DNA from: Salpingoeca rosetta
Lineage: Eukaryota > Protista > Choanoflagellata
Assembly (NCBI GenBank): GCA_033442325.1
Contig: JAWQFM010000031.1
Span: 338,395-348,035, forward strand
DNA length: 9,641 nucleotides
Direction: 5' to 3'
Positions 8,496 through 9,641 of this stretch are shown here, piece after piece (positions within the stretch are counted from its first letter, which is position 1; the number at the start of each line of letters is the position of its first letter). Both the position numbers and the translations under genes were made by a program. The notes beneath the pieces are model-generated. The model saw nothing but the letters and a program-made list of their open reading frames with translations, searched no databases and had not been told where the DNA came from.

Positions 8496-9641
8496 CGTAG
8501 AAGATTGCAAAGACGGCGGGCGTGAGATGCTGCTTCGTCTGGCGAACAATTTCCCGTAGATATCTGGCAACGTGCGCGCGCGCGTGTGTGTGTAAAACGT
8601 GAGCATGAACACTCGCGAGCATGTGTGTATGTGTGTGTGTATGTGTGTGTGTGTGTCCTTGTGCACACGACAACAAAGCAGCCTTCTTGCACGTTCCTGT
8701 CTGCAAACACTCACATGGTGACGGGCTCAATGTGCACGGGCGAAGTGCTCTGAACAATCTTCAGCCTGGAAAATGCAAACAAGACCAAACAAGGCACACA
8801 TGAACCAACACATGAGCAAGCATCGTGTTGAAAAGGCAAATGTTGTGGTGAAGGGCAAAGCACACATACACGCACGCCAACACACACCCACAAGCACACA
8901 TGTACACATTCTCATACGCACATACACACGGGAACACACACCCACACGCACACACGTACACATACACAAAGCCAGTGATAGCGCGTACGTACGTCTGTGC
9001 GACAAACTGCGAAACACGAGCGAGGGCGATGCCAAGATGGTAATGAAACGCCGTCTCAATCTCATGGCGACCTGATGATGGCCATGGTTTGAAGGTCACG
9101 CACACAAAGGAAGTGTGTGTGTGTGTATGTGTGGGAATATGCAATCACGCAAGATAAAGCAAGTGTGTGTGTGTGTGCGTGTACGTGAGTAAAAATAACG
9201 CCACACGTCCGCGCATGCACTTGTCTTCAGGACGTGTACAAAACACATTGCATCACCACGGGCCCACACGTACTCTTCGCCTCGGCGAGCTTCAGCTGGT
9301 GGCGCGCGTCTCTGCTGTACACGCGATAGCCTGGACGCAGGTCGAATTGGAGGCAATGGGGGAAATGGAGGCAATGAATTGGTGAATTGGTGAATTGGTG
9401 GGTGAGCAACATGTGCGGAACGCAGGACAGCACGCCACCAAACACATGCGCACACACACCACACACACATCACACACACATCACACACATCACACACATC
9501 ACACTCACACACACACACACATCACACACATCATCACACATCCTACACTCACACACACACACACACAAGCACCAAACACAGAGCAACAACATTTCTACCA
9601 AACACCCACGCCACCGTTGCGCGCACCTTTTGGCAAACTGC
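5570..9641 (-). CDS. MUN/MHD2 (Munc13/PATROL1-like) protein with DEP and PDZ domains, 3' part; exons >9641..9627, 9330..9274, 9071..8993, 8765..8715, 8563..8494, 8255..8085, 7799..7684, 7420..7303, 7093..6947, 6740..6640, 6431..6344, 6106..5570
   Basis: All 11 introns are GT-AG with matching phases (1,1,2,2,0,0,2,0,0,2,0) and no internal stop; TGA at 5570-5572. MHD2-like [36 protein letters not shown]...[14 protein letters not shown]; PDZ LGIEF...[22 protein letters not shown]...EDVKQLL...IVLRVRR; DEP-like [19 protein letters not shown]...[10 protein letters not shown]. Confidence 0.85.
6541..6626. repeat. (AAAC)n tetranucleotide microsatellite, intronic
   Basis: aaacaaacaaac... adjacent to the donor at 6639. 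Confidence 0.95.
6857..6935. repeat. (CA)n microsatellite, intronic
   Basis: Imperfect CA tract next to the donor at 6946. Confidence 0.93.
7519..7665. repeat. Interrupted (CA)n microsatellites, intronic
   Basis: Two CA tracts in intron 7421..7683. Confidence 0.9.
7940..8030. repeat. (CA)n microsatellite, intronic
   Basis: Long CA tract in intron 7800..8084. Confidence 0.95.
8085..8765 (-). other. Munc13 homology domain 2 (MUN subdomain)-like region of gene A
   Basis: Pattern I.P...YL......L....F......LW...F and L...F..L..FFHA matches what I recall of MHD2 in UNC13D/BAIAP3-type proteins. Confidence 0.7.
8262..8493. repeat. Complementary (TG)n 8262..8363 and (CA)n 8463..8493 tracts at the two ends of one intron
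   Basis: Directly visible; the tracts abut the acceptor (8256) and the donor (8493). Confidence 0.93.
9450..9567. repeat. (CA)n/(CACACACAT)n microsatellite, intronic
   Basis: cacacacat-type units in intron 9331..9626. Confidence 0.88.

Noticed and set aside
5194-9518. Many His/Thr-rich and Cys/Val-rich ORFs on both strands
   Set aside because: These are translations of (CA)n/(TG)n/(AAAC)n tracts, which lack stop codons.

Overview
Eukaryotic, intron-rich DNA with (CA)n/(TG)n-filled introns; the style suggests a choanoflagellate such as Salpingoeca (inference from style only). Manual GT-AG splicing with consistent phases gives three tandem minus-strand genes. (A) The 3' part (12 exons, >9641..5570, about 515 aa visible) of a Munc13/PATROL1-like MUN(MHD2) protein whose C-terminal region appears to hold a DEP domain split by an inserted PDZ domain. 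(B) An intron-poor NLR-like gene (5120..1208, about 1133 aa) with a DED/death-fold-like N-terminus, an uncharacterised middle domain, a poly-Pro linker and an NPHP3/HET-E-type NACHT-winged-helix module. Its Walker A Lys, sensor-1 Arg and winged-helix His are all substituted and it has no visible sensor repeats. (C) The 5' part (1085..<130) of a PH-domain protein gene. All domain calls are motif recognition by eye, not database searches. Most ORFs in the supplied track are microsatellite artefacts.
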